A DNA stretch of 64,000 nucleotides from Eledone cirrhosa (Eukaryota): NCBI GenBank assembly GCA_964016885.1, contig OZ024740.1:22382001-22446000 (forward strand), written 5' to 3'. Positions 29,090 to 43,800 of this stretch are shown piece after piece. A program made the position numbers and the translations under genes. The notes under the pieces were generated by a model. The model did not search any database. It was not told where the DNA came from and worked only from the letters and a program-made list of their open reading frames with translations. Numbering within the stretch: position 1 is the first letter of the stretch; every line of letters begins with the position of its first letter.

Positions 29090-32000
29090 TTTTGACTGAA
29101 CTGTCTTATCCTTGTCACCTCCACTTAAACACTTTTGTCTAAACTGTCTTAACGTTGTCACCTCCATTTAAACACTTTTGACTAAACTGTCTTATCCTTG
29201 TCACCTCCACTTAAACACGTTTGACTAAACTTTCCTATCCTTGTCACCTCCACTTAAACACTTTTGACCGAACTGTCTTATCCGTGTCACCTCCACTTAA
29301 ACACTTTTGACTAAACTGTCTTATCCTTGTCACCTCCACTTAAACACTTTTGACTAAACTGTCTTATCCTTGTCACCTCCACTTAAACACTTTTGACTGA
29401 ACTGTCTTATCCTTGTCACCTCCACTTAAACACTTTTGACTAAACTGTCTTAACGTTGTCACCTCCATTTAAACACTTTTGACTAAACTGTCTTATCCTT
29501 GTCACCTCCACTTAAACACGTTTGACTAAACTTTCCTATCCTTGTCACCTCCACTTAAACACTTTTGACCGAACTGTCTTATCCGTGTCACCTCCACTTA
29601 AACACTTTTGACTAAACTGTCTTATCCTTGTCACCTCCACTTAAACACTTTTGACTAAACTGTCTTATCCTTGTCACCTCCACTTAAACACATTTGACTG
29701 AACTGTCTTATCCTTGTCACCTCCACTTAAACACTTTTGACTAAACTGTCTTAACGTTGTCACCTCCACTTAAACACTTTTGACTAAACTGTCTTATCCT
29801 TGTCACCTCCACTTAAACACGTTTGACTAAATTTTCCTATCCTCTGTCACCTCCACTTAAACACTTTTGACTGAAATGTCTTTTCCTTGTCACCTCCACT
29901 TAAACACGTTTGACTAAACTGTCTTATCCTTGTCACCTCCACTTAATCACTTTTGACTGAACTGTCTTATCCTTGACACCTCCACTTAAACACTTTTTAC
30001 TGAACTGTCTTATCCTTGTCACCTACACTTAAACACTTTGGACGAAACTGTCTTATCCTTGTCACCTCCATTTAAACACTTTTGAATAAACTGCCTTATC
30101 CTGGTCACCTCCACTTAAACACTTCTGACTGAACTGTCTTATCTTTGTCACCTCCACTTAATCACTTTTGAATGAACTGTCTTATCCTTTTCACCTCCAA
30201 TTAAACACTTTTGACTGAACTGTCTTATCCTTGTCACCTCCACTTAAACACTTTTGACTAAACTGTCTTATCCTTGTCACCTCCACTTAAACACGTTTGA
30301 CTAAACTGTCTTATCCTTGTCACCTCCACTTAAACACGTTTGACTAAACTGTCTTAACCTTGTCACGTCCACTTAAACACGTTTGACTGAACTGTCTTAT
30401 CCTTGTCACCTCCCTTAAATACTTTTGACTAAACTGTCTTATCCTTGTCACTTCCAGGTAAACACTTTTGACTAAACTGTCTTATCCTTGTCACCTCCAC
30501 TTAAACAATTTTGACTAAACTGTTTTATCCTTGTCACCTCCACTTAAACACGTTTGACTGATCTGTCTTATCCTTGTCACCTCCACTTAAACACTTTTGA
30601 CTGAACTGTCTTATCATTGTCACCTCCACTTATACACTTTTGACTGAACTGTCTTATCCATGTCACCTCCACTTAAACACTTTTGACTGAACTGTCTCAT
30701 CGTTGTCACCTACACTTAAACACTTTGGACTAAACTGTCTTATCCTAGTCAACTCCAATTAAACACTTTTGACTGAAATATCTTATCGTTGTAACATCCA
30801 CTTAAACACTTTTGACTAAACTGTATTATCCTCGTCATTTCCACTTAAACACTTTTGACTGAACTATCTTATCGTTGTCACCTCCACTTAAACACTTTTG
30901 ACTAAACTGTCTTATCCTTGTCAACTCCACTTAAACACTTTTGACTGAACTGTCTTATCGTTGTCACCTCCACTTAAACACTTTTGACTGAACTGTTTTA
31001 TCCTTGTCACCTCCACTTAAACACTTTTGACTGAATTGTCTTATCGCTGTCCCATCCACTTAATCACTTTTGACTGAACTGTCTTATCCTTGTCACCTCC
31101 ACTTAAACACTTTTGACTGAACTGTCTTATCCTTGTCACCTCCACTTAAACACTTTTGACTGAACTGTCTTATCGTTGTCACCTCCACTTAAACACTTTG
31201 GACTAAACTGTCTTATCCTTGTCACGTCCACTTAAACACTTTTGACTAAACTGGCTTATCCTTATCATCTCCACTTAAACACTTTTGACCGAACTGTCTT
31301 ATCCGTGTCACCTCCACTTAAACACTTTTGACTAAACTGTCTTATCCTTGTCACCTCCACTTAAACACTTTTGACTAAACTGTCTTATCCTTGTCACCTC
31401 CACTTAAACACGTTTGACTGAACTGTCTTATCCTTGTCACCTCCACTTAAACACTTTTGACTAAACTGTCTTAACGTTGTCACCTCCATTTAAACACTTT
31501 TGACTAAACTGTCTTATCCTTGTCACCTCCACTTAAACACGTTTGACTAAACTTTCCTATCCTTGTCACCTCCACTTAAACACTTTTGACTGAACTGTCT
31601 TATCCTTGTCACCTCCACTTAAACACTTTTGTCTAAACTGTCTTAACGTTGTCACCTCCATTTAAACACTTTTGACTAAACTGTCTTATCCTTGTCACCT
31701 CCACTTAAACACGTTTGACTAAACTTTCCTATCCTTGTCACCTCCACTTAAACACTTTTGACCGAACTGTCTTATCCGTGTCACCTCCACTTAAACACTT
31801 TTGACTAAACTGTCTTATCCTTGTCACCTCCACTTAAACACTTTTGACTAAACTGACTTATCCTTGTCACCTCCACTTAAACACTTTTGACTGAACTGTC
31901 TTATCCTTGTCACCTCCACTTAAACACTTTTGACTAAACTGTCTTAACGTTGTCACCTCCATTTAAACACTTTTGACTAAACTGTCTTATCCTTGTCACC

Positions 32001-34080
32001 TCCACTTAAACACGTTTGACTAAACTTTCCTATCCTTGTCACCTCCAATTAAACACTTTTGACCGAACTGTCTTATCCGTGTCACCTCCACTTAAACACT
32101 TTTGACTAAACTGTCTTATCCTTGTCACCTCCACTTAAACACTTTTGACTAAACTGTCTTATCCTTGTCACCTCCACTTAAACACATTTGACTGAACTGT
32201 CTTATCCTTGTCACCTCCACTTAAACACTTTTGACTAAACTGTCTTAACGTTGTCACCTCCACTTAAACACTTTTGACTAAACTGTCTTATCCTTGTCAC
32301 CTCCACTTAAACACGTTTGACTAAATTTTCCTATCCTCTGTCACCTCCACTTAAACACTTTTGACTGAAATGTCTTTTCCTTGTCACCTCCACTTAAACA
32401 CGTTTGACTAAACTGTCTTATCCTTGTCACCTCCACTTAATCACTTTTGACTGAACTGTCTTATCCTTGACACCTCCACTTAAACACTTTTTACTGAACT
32501 GTCTTATCCTTGTCACCTACACTTAAACACTTTGGACGAAACTGTCTTATCCTTGTCACCTCCATTTAAACACTTTTGAATAAACTGCCTTATCCTGGTC
32601 ACCTCCACTTAAACACTTCTGACTGAACTGTCTTATCTTTGTCACCTCCACTTAATCACTTTTGAATGAACTGTCTTATCCTTTTCACCTCCAATTAAAC
32701 ACTTTTGACTGAACTGTCTTATCCTTGTCACCTCCACTTAAACACTTTTGACTAAACTGTCTTATCCTTGTCACCTCCACTTAAACACGTTTGACTAAAC
32801 TGTCTTATCCTTGTCACCTCCACTTAAACACGTTTGACTAAACTGTCTTATCCTTGTCACGTCCACTTAAACACGTTTGACTGAACTGTCTTATCCTTGT
32901 CACCTCCCTTAAATACTTTTGACTAAACTGTCTTATCCTTGTCACTTCCAGGTAAACACTTTTGACTAAACTGTCTTATCCTTGTCACCTCCACTTAAAC
33001 AATTTTGACTAAACTGTTTTATCCTTGTCACCTCCACTTAAACACGTTTGACTGATCTGTCTTATCCTTGTCACCTCCACTTAAACACTTTTGACTGAAC
33101 TGTCTTATCATTGTCACCTCCACTTATACACTTTTGACTGAACTGTCTTATCCATGTCACCTCCACTTAAACACTTTTGACTGAACTGTCTCATCGTTGT
33201 CACCTACACTTAAACACTTTGGACTAAACTGTCTTATCCTAGTCAACTCCAATTAAACACTTTTGACTGAAATATCTTATCGTTGTAACATCCACTTAAA
33301 CACTTTTGACTAAACTGTATTATCCTCGTCATTTCCACTTAAACACTTTTGACTGAACTATCTTATCGTTGTCAACTCCACTTAAACACTTTTGACTAAA
33401 CTGTCTTATCCTTGTCAACTCCACTTAAACACTTTTGACTGAACTGTCTTATCGTTGTCACCTCCACTTAAACACTTTTGACTGAACTGTTTTATCCTTG
33501 TCACCTCCACTTAAACACTTTTGACTGAATTGTCTTATCGCTGTCCCATCCACTTAATCACTTTTGACTGAACTGTCTTATCCTTGTCACCTCCACTTAA
33601 ACACTTTTGACTGAACTGTCTTATCCTTGTCACCTCCACTTAAACACTTTTGACTGAACTGTCTTATCGTTGTCACCTCCACTTAAACACTTTGGACTAA
33701 ACTGTCTTATCCTTGTCACGTCCACTTAAACACTTTTGACTAAACTGGCTTATCCTTATCATCTCCACTTAAACACTTTTGACCGAACTGTCTTATCCGT
33801 GTCACCTCCACTTAAACACTTTTGACTAAACTGTCTTATCCTTGTCACCTCCACTTAAACACTTTTGACTAAACTGTCTTATCCTTGTCACCTCCACTTA
33901 AACACGTTTGACTGAACTGTCTTATCCTTGTCACCTCCACTTAAACACTTTTGACTAAACTGTCTTAACGTTGTCACCTCCATTTAAACACTTTTGACTA
34001 AACTGTCTTATCCTTGTCACCTCCACTTAAACACGTTTGACTAAACTTTCCTATCCTTGTCACCTCCACTTAAACACTTT
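29090..34080. repeat. Tandem duplication of a 58-monomer block (period 2,494 bp)
   Basis: GTCTAAAC at 29137/31631, +1 insertion CCTCTG at 29841/32335, CTGGTC at 30101/32595 and CAGGTA at 30455/32949. All offsets are 2,494 = 58x43. Confidence 0.9.
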
Positions 34081-34882
34081 TGACCGAACTGTCTTATCCG
34101 TGTCACCTCCACTTAAACACTTTTGACTAAACTGTCTTATCCTTCTCACCTCCACTTAAACACTTTTGACTAAACTGTCTTATCCTTGTCACCTCCACTT
34201 AAACACTTTTGACTGAACTGTCTTATCCTTGTCACCTCCACTTAAACACTTTTGACTAAACTGTCTTATCCTTGTCACCTCCACTTAAACACTTTTGACT
34301 AAACTGTCTTATCCTTGTCACCTCCACTTAATCACTTTTGACTGAACTGTCTTATCCTTGACACCTCCACTTAAACACTTTTTACTGAACTGTCTTATCC
34401 TTGTCACCTACACTTAAACACTTTGGACGAAACTGTCTTATCCTTGTCACCTCCACTTAAACGCTTTTGACTGAAATGTCTTATCGTTGTAACATCCACT
34501 TAAACACTTTTGAATAAACTGCCTTATCCTTGTCACCTCCACTTAAACACTTCTGACTGAACTGTCTTATCGTTGTCACCTCCACTTAATCACTTTTGAA
34601 TGAACTGTCTTATCCTTGTCACCTCCAATTAAACACTTTTGACTGAACTGTCTTATCCTTGTCACCTCCACTTAAACACTTTTGACTAAACTGTCTTATC
34701 CTTGTCACCTCCACTTAAACACGTTTGACTAAACTGTCTTATCCTTGTCACCTCCACTTAAACACGTTTGACTAAACTGTCTTATCCTTGTCACGTCCAC
34801 TTAAACACGTTTGACTGAACTGTCTTATCCTTGTCACCTCCCTTAAATACTTTTGACTAAACTGTCTTATCCTTGTCACTTC
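32949..34882. repeat. Representative HOR unit: 45 monomers, 1,934 bp
   Basis: Distance between successive CAGGTA markers 32949 and 34883 is 1,934 = 45x43-1. A nearly identical monomer order recurs from 38710 and, one monomer shorter, at 46447-48337 (1,891 bp). Confidence 0.75.
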
Positions 34883-37800
34883 CAGGTAAACACTTTTGAC
34901 TAAACTGTCTTATCCTTGTCACCTCCACTTAAACAATTTTGACTAAACTGTTTTATCCTTGTCACCTCCACTTAAACACGTTTGACTGATCTGTCTTATC
35001 CTTGTCACCTCCACTTAAACACTTTTGACTGAACTGTCTTATCATTGTCACCTCCACTTATACACTTTTGACTGAACTGTCTTATCCATGTCACCTCCAC
35101 TTAAACACTTTTGACTGAACTGTCTCATCGTTGTCACCTACACTTAAACACTTTGGACTAAACTGTCTTATCCTAGTCAACTCCAATTAAACACTTTTGA
35201 CTGAAATATCTTATCGTTGTAACATCCACTTAAACACTTTTGACTAAACTGTATTATCCTCGTCATTTCCACTTAAACACTTTTGACTGAACTATCTTAT
35301 CGTTGTCACCTCCACTTAAACACTTTTGACTAAACTGTCTTATCCTTGTCAACTCCACTTAAACACTTTTGACTGAACTGTCTTATCGTTGTCACCTCCA
35401 CTTAAACACTTTTGACTGAATTGTCTTATCGCTGTCCCATCCACTTAATCACTTTTGACTGAACTGTCTTATCCTTGTCACCTCCACTTAAACACTTTTG
35501 ACTGAACTGTCTTATCGTTGTCACCTCCACTTAAACACTTTTGACTGAATTGTCTTATCGCTGTCCCATCCACTTAATCACTTTTGACTGAACTGTCTTA
35601 TCCTTGTCACCTCCACTTAAACACTTTTGACTGAACTGTCTTATCCTTGTCACCTCCACTTAAACACTTTTGACTGAACTGTCTTATCGTTGTCACCTCC
35701 ACTTAAACACTTTGGACTAAACTGTCTTATCCTTGTCACGTCCACTTAAACACTTTTGACTAAACTGGCTTATCCTTATCATCTCCACTTAAACACTTTT
35801 GACCGAACTGTCTTATCCGTGTCACCTCCACTTAAACACTTTTGACTAAACTGTCTTATCCTTGTCACCTCCACTTAAACACTTTTGACTAAACTGTCTT
35901 ATCCTTGTCACCTCCACTTAAACACTTTTGACTGAACTGTCTTATCCTTGTCATCTCCACTTAAACACTTTTGACTAAACTGTCTTAACGTTGTCACCTC
36001 CATTTAAACACTTTTGACTAAACTGTCTTATCCTTGTCACCTCCACTTAAACACGTTTGACTAAACTTTCCTATCCTTGTCACCTCCACTTAAACACTTT
36101 TGACCGAACTGTCTTATCCGTGTCACCTCCACTTAAACACTTTGGACTAAACTGTCTTATCCTTGTCACCTCCACTTAAACACTTTTGACTAAACTGTCT
36201 TATCCTTGTCACCTCCACTTAAACACTTTTGACTGAACTGTCTTATCCTTGTCACCTCCACTTAAACACTTTTGACTAAACTGTCTTATCCTTGTCACCT
36301 CCACTTAAACACTTTTGACTGAACTGTCTTATCCTTGTCACCTCCACTTAAACACTTTTGACTAAACTGTCTTAACGTTGTCACCTCCATTTAAACACTT
36401 TTGACTAAACTGTCTTATCCTTGTCACCTCCACTTAAACACGTTTGACTAAACTTTCCTATCCTTGTCACCTCCACTTAAACACTTTTGACCGAACTGTC
36501 TTATCCGTGTCACCTCCACTTAAACACTTTTGACTAAACTGTCTTATCCTTGTCACCTCCACTTAAACACTTTTGACTAAACTGTCTTATCCTTGTCACC
36601 TCCACTTAAACACATTTGACTGAACTGTCTTATCCTTGTCACCTCCACTTAAACACTTTTGACTAAACTGTCTTAACGTTGTCACCTCCACTTAAACACT
36701 TTTGACTAAACTGTCTTATCCTTGTCACCTCCACTTAAACACGTTTGACTAAACTTTCCTATCCTTGTCACCTCCACTTAAACACTTTTGACTGAAATGT
36801 CTTTTCCTTGTCACCTCCACTTAAACACGTTTGACTAAACTGTCTTATCCTTGTCACCTCCACTTAATCACTTTTGACTGAACTGTCTTATCCTTGACAC
36901 CTCCACTTAAACACTTTTTACTGAACTGTCTTATCCTTGTCACCTACACTTAAACACTTTGGACGAAACTGTCTTATCCTTGTCACCTCCACTTAAACGC
37001 TTTTGACTGAAATGTCTTATCGTTGTAACATCCACTTAAACACTTTTGAATAAACTGCCTTATCCTTGTCACCTCCACTTAAACACTTCTGACTGAACTG
37101 TCTTATCGTTGTCACACTCCACTTAATCACTTTTGAATGAACTGTCTTATCCTTGTCACCTCCAATTAAACACTTTTGACTGAACTGTCTTATCCTTGTC
37201 ACCTCCACTTAAACACTTTTGACTAAACTGTCTTATCCTTGTCACCTCCACTTAAACACGTTTGACTAAACTGTCTTATCCTTGTCACCTCCACTTAAAC
37301 ACGTTTGACTAAACTGTCTTCTCCTTGTCACGTCCACTTAAACACGTTTGACTGAACTGTCTTATCCTTGTCACCTCCCTTAAATACTTTTGACTAAACT
37401 GTCTTATCCTTGTCACTTCCAGGTAAACACTTTTGACTAAACTGTCTTATCCTTGTCACCTCCACTTAAACAATTTTGACTAAACTGTTTTATCCTTGTC
37501 ACCTCCACTTAAACACGTTTGACTGATCTGTCTTATCCTTGTCACCTCCACTTAAACACTTTTGACTGAACTGTCTTATCATTGTCACCTCCACTTATAC
37601 ACTTTTGACTGAACTGTCTTATCCATGTCACCTCCACTTAAACACTTTTGACTGAACTGTCTCATCGTTGTCACCTACACTTAAACACTTTGGACTAAAC
37701 TGTCTTATCCTAGTCAACTCCAATTAAACACTTTTGACTGAAATATCTTATCGTTGTAACATCCACTTAAACACTTTTGACTAAACTGTATTATCCTCGT

Positions 37801-40800
37801 CATTTCCACTTAAACACTTTTGACTGAACTATCTTATCGTTGTCACCTCCACTTAAACACTTTTGACTAAACTGTCTTATCCTTGTCACCTCCACTTAAA
37901 CACATTTGACTGAACTGTCTTATCCTTGTCACCTCCACTTAAACACTTTTGACTAAACTGTCTTAACGTTGTCACCTCCACTTAAATACTTTTGACTAAA
38001 CTGTCTTATCCTTGTCACCTCCACTTAAACACGTTTGACTAAACTTTCCTATCCTTGTCACCTCCACTTAAACACTTTTGACTGAAATGTCTTTTCCTTG
38101 TCACGTCCACTTAAACACGTTTGACTAAACTGTCTTATCCTTGTCACCTCCACTTAATCACTTTTGACTGAACTGTCTTATCCTTGACACCTCCACTTAA
38201 ACACTTTTTACTGAACTGTCTTATCCTTGTCACCTACACTTAAACACTTTGGACGAAACTGTCTTATCCTTGTCACCTCCACTTAAACGCTTTTGACTGA
38301 AATGTCTTATCGTTGTAACATCCACTTAAACACTTTTGAATAAACTGCCTTATCCTTGTCACCTCCACTTAAACACTTCTGACTGAACTGTCTTATCGTT
38401 GTAACACTCCACTTAATCACTTTTGAATGAACTGTCTTATCCTCGTCACCTCCAATTAAACACTTTTGACTGAACTGTCTTATCCTTGTCACCTCCACTT
38501 AAACACTTTTGACTAAACTGTCTTATCCTTGTCACCTCCACTTAAACACGTTTGACTAAACTGTCTTATCCTTGTCACCTCCACTTAAACACGTTTGACT
38601 AAACTGTCTTCTCCTTGTCACGTCCACTTAAACACGTTTGACTGAACTGTCTTATCCTTGTCACCTCCCTTAAATACTTTTGACTAAACTGTCTTATCCT
38701 TGTCACTTCCAGGTAAACACTTTTGACTAAACTGTCTTATCCTTGTCACCTCCACTTAAACAATTTTGACTAAACTGTTTTATCCTTGTCACCTCCACTT
38801 AAACACGTTTGACTGATCTGTCTTATCCTTGTCACCTCCACTTAAACACTTTTGACTGAACTGTCTTATCATTGTCACCTCCACTTATACACTTTTGACT
38901 GAACTGTCTTATCCATGTCACCTCCACTTAAACACTTTTGACTGAACTGTCTCATCGTTGTCACCTACACTTAAACACTTTGGACTAAACTGTCTTATCC
39001 TAGTCAACTCCAATTAAACACTTTTGACTGAAATATCTTATCGTTGTAACATCCACTTAAACACTTTTGACTAAACTGTATTATCCTCGTCATTTCCACT
39101 TAAACACTTTTGACTGAACTATCTTATCGTTGTCACCTCCACTTAAACACTTTTGACTAAACTGTCTTATCCTTGTCAACTCCACTTAAACACTTTTGAC
39201 TGAACTGTCTTATCGTTGTCAACTCCACTTAAACACTTTTGAATGAACTGTTTTATCCTTGTCACCTCCACTTAAACACTTTTGACTGAATTGTCTTATC
39301 GCTGTCCCATCCACTTAATCACTTTTGACTGAACTGTCTTATCCTTGTCACCTCCACTTAAACACTTTTGACTGAACTGTCTTATCCTTGTCACCTCCAC
39401 TTAAACACTTTTGACTGAACTGTCTTATCGTTGTCACCTCCACTTAAACACTTTGGACTAAACTGTCTTATCCTTGTCACGTCCACTTAAACACTTTTGA
39501 CTAAACTGGCTTATCCTTATCATCTCCACTTAAACACTTTTGACCGAACTGTCTTATCCGTGTCACCTCCACTTAAACACTTTTGACTAAACTGTCTTAT
39601 CCTTGTCACCTCCACTTAAACACTTTTGACTAAACTGTCTTATCCTTGTCACCTCCACTTAAACACGTTTGACTGAACTGTCTTATCCTTGTCACCTCCA
39701 CTTAAACACTTTTGACTAAACTGTCTTAACGTTGTCACCTCCATTTAAACACTTTTGACTAAACTGTCTTATCCTTGTCACCTCCACTTAAACACGTTTG
39801 ACTAAACTTTCCTATCCTTGTCACCTCCACTTAAACACTTTTGACCGAACTGTCTTATCCGTGTCACCTCCACTTAAACACTTTTGACTAAACTGTCTTA
39901 TCCTTCTCACCTCCACTTAAACACTTTTGACTAAACTGTCTTATCCTTGTCACCTCCACTTAAACACTTTTGACTGAACTGTCTTATCCTTGTCACCTCC
40001 ACTTAAACACTTTTGACTAAACTGTCTTATCCTTGTCACCTCCACTTAAACACTTTTGACTAAACTGTCTTATCCTTGTCACCTCCACTTAATCACTTTT
40101 GACTGAACTGTCTTATCCTTGACACCTCCACTTAAACACTTTTTACTGAACTGTCTTATCCTTGTCACCTACACTTAAACACTTTGGACGAAACTGTCTT
40201 ATCCTTGTCACCTCCACTTAAACGCTTTTGACTGAAATGTCTTATCGTTGTAACATCCACTTAAACACTTTTGAATAAACTGCCTTATCCTTGTCACCTC
40301 CACTTAAACACTTCTGACTGAACTGTCTTATCGTTGTCACCTCCACTTAATCACTTTTGAATGAACTGTCTTATCCTTGTCACCTCCAATTAAACACTTT
40401 TGACTGAACTGTCTTATCCTTGTCACCTCCACTTAAACACTTTTGACTAAACTGTCTTATCCTTGTCACCTCCACTTAAACACGTTTGACTAAACTGTCT
40501 TATCCTTGTCACCTCCACTTAAACACGTTTGACTAAACTGTCTTATCCTTGTCACGTCCACTTAAACACGTTTGACTGAACTGTCTTATCCTTGTCACCT
40601 CCCTTAAATACTTTTGACTAAACTGTCTTATCCTTGTCACCTCCACTTAAACACGTTTGACTAAACTGTCTTATCCTTGTCACCTCCACTTAAACACTTT
40701 TGACTGAACTGTCTTATCGTTGTCACCTCCACTTAAACACTTTGGACTAAACTGTCTTATCCTTGTCACGTCCACTTAAACACTTTTGACTAAACTGGCT

Positions 40801-43800
40801 TATCCTTATCATCTCCACTTAAACACTTTTGACCGAACTGTCTTATCCGTGTCACCTCCACTTAAACACTTTTGACTAAACTGTCTTATCCTTGTCACCT
40901 CCACTTAAACACTTTTGACTAAACTGTCTTATCCTTGTCACCTCCACTTAAACACGTTTGACTGAACTGTCTTATCCTTGTCACCTCCACTTAAACACTT
41001 TTGACTAAACTGTCTTAACGTTGTCACCTCCATTTAAACACTTTTGACTAAACTGTCTTATCCTTGTCACCTCCACTTAAACACGTTTGACTAAACTTTC
41101 CTATCCTTGTCACCTCCACTTAAACACTTTTGACCGAACTGTCTTATCCGTGTCACCTCCACTTAAACACTTTTGACTAAACTGTCTTATCCTTCTCACC
41201 TCCACTTAAACACTTTTGACTAAACTGTCTTATCCTTGTCACCTCCACTTAAACACTTTTGACTGAACTGTCTTATCCTTGTCACCTCCACTTAAACACT
41301 TTTGACTAAACTGTCTTATCCTTGTCACCTCCACTTAAACACTTTTGACTAAACTGTCTTATCCTTGTCACCTCCACTTAATCACTTTTGACTGAACTGT
41401 CTTATCCTTGACACCTCCACTTAAACACTTTTTACTGAACTGTCTTATCCTTGTCACCTACACTTAAACACTTTGGACGAAACTGTCTTATCCTTGTCAC
41501 CTCCACTTAAACGCTTTTGACTGAAATGTCTTATCGTTGTAACATCCACTTAAACACTTTTGAATAAACTGCCTTATCCTTGTCACCTCCACTTAAACAC
41601 TTCTGACTGAACTGTCTTATCGTTGTCACCTCCACTTAATCACTTTTGAATGAACTGTCTTATCCTTGTCACCTCCAATTAAACACTTTTGACTGAACTG
41701 TCTTATCCTTGTCACCTCCACTTAAACACTTTTGACTAAACTGTCTTATCCTTGTCACCTCCACTTAAACACGTTTGACTAAACTGTCTTATCCTTGTCA
41801 CCTCCACTTAAACACGTTTGACTAAACTGTCTTATCCTTGTCACGTCCACTTAAACACGTTTGACTGAACTGTCTTATCCTTGTCACCTCCCTTAAATAC
41901 TTTTGACTAAACTGTCTTATCCTTGTCACTTCCAGGTAAACACTTTTGACTAAACTGTCTTATCCTTGTCACCTCCACTTAAACAATTTTGACTAAACTG
42001 TTTTATCCTTGTCACCTCCACTTAAACACGTTTGACTGATCTGTCTTATCCTTGTCACCTCCACTTAAACACTTTTGACTGAACTGTCTTATCATTGTCA
42101 CCTCCACTTATACACTTTTGACTGAACTGTCTTATCCATGTCACCTCCACTTAAACACTTTTGACTGAACTGTCTCATCGTTGTCACCTACACTTAAACA
42201 CTTTGGACTAAACTGTCTTATCCTAGTCAACTCCAATTAAACACTTTTGACTGAAATATCTTATCGTTGTAACATCCACTTAAACACTTTTGACTAAACT
42301 GTATTATCCTCGTCATTTCCACTTAAACACTTTTGACTGAACTATCTTATCGTTGTCACCTCCACTTAAACACTTTTGACTAAACTGTCTTATCCTTGTC
42401 AACTCCACTTAAACACTTTTGACTGAACTGTCTTATCGTTGTCACCTCCACTTAAACACTTTTGACTGAATTGTCTTATCGCTGTCCCATCCACTTAATC
42501 ACTTTTGACTGAACTGTCTTATCCTTGTCACCTCCACTTAAACACTTTTGACTGAACTGTCTTATCGTTGTCACCTCCACTTAAACACTTTTGACTGAAT
42601 TGTCTTATCGCTGTCCCATCCACTTAATCACTTTTGACTGAACTGTCTTATCCTTGTCACCTCCACTTAAACACTTTTGACTGAACTGTCTTATCCTTGT
42701 CACCTCCACTTAAACACTTTTGACTGAACTGTCTTATCGTTGTCACCTCCACTTAAACACTTTGGACTAAACTGTCTTATCCTTGTCACGTCCACTTAAA
42801 CACTTTTGACTAAACTGGCTTATCCTTATCATCTCCACTTAAACACTTTTGACCGAACTGTCTTATCCGTGTCACCTCCACTTAAACACTTTTGACTAAA
42901 CTGTCTTATCCTTGTCACCTCCACTTAAACACTTTTGACTAAACTGTCTTATCCTTGTCACCTCCACTTAAACACTTTTGACTGAACTGTCTTATCCTTG
43001 TCATCTCCACTTAAACACTTTTGACTAAACTGTCTTAACGTTGTCACCTCCATTTAAACACTTTTGACTGAATTGTCTTATCGCTGTCCCATCCACTTAA
43101 TCACTTTTGACTGAACTGTCTTATCCTTGTCACCTCCACTTAAACACTTTTGACTGAACTGTCTTATCGTTGTCACCTCCACTTAAACACTTTTGACTGA
43201 ACTGTTTTATCCTTGTCACCTCCACTTAAACACTTTTGACTAAACTGTCTTAACGTTGTCACCTCCATTTAAACACTTTTGACTAAACTGTCTTATCCTT
43301 GTCACCTCCACTTAAACACGTTTGACTAAACTTTCCTATCCTTGTCACCTCCACTTAAACACTTTTGACCGAACTGTCTTATCCGTGTCACCTCCACTTA
43401 AACACTTTTGACTAAACTGTCTTATCCTTGTCACCTCCACTTAAACACTTTTGACTAAACTGTCTTATCCTTGTCACCTCCACTTAAACACATTTGACTG
43501 AACTGTCTTATCCTTGTCACCTCCACTTAAACACTTTTGACTAAACTGTCTTAACGTTGTCACCTCCACTTAAACACTTTTGACTAAACTGTCTTATCCT
43601 TGTCACCTCCACTTAAACACGTTTGACTAAACTTTCCTATCCTTGTCACCTCCACTTAAACACTTTTGACTGAAATGTCTTTTCCTTGTCACCTCCACTT
43701 AAACACGTTTGACTAAACTGTCTTATCCTTGTCACCTCCACTTAATCACTTTTGACTGAACTGTCTTATCCTTGACACCTCCACTTAAACACTTTTTACT

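Noticed and set aside
37017-38498. Two 63-aa minus-strand ORFs (37017-37208, 38307-38498)
   Set aside because: They are translations of ~4.5 satellite monomers, opened by a +1 insertion and stop-removing variants. The start is a GTG within the repeat, and there is no recognisable domain or gene context.
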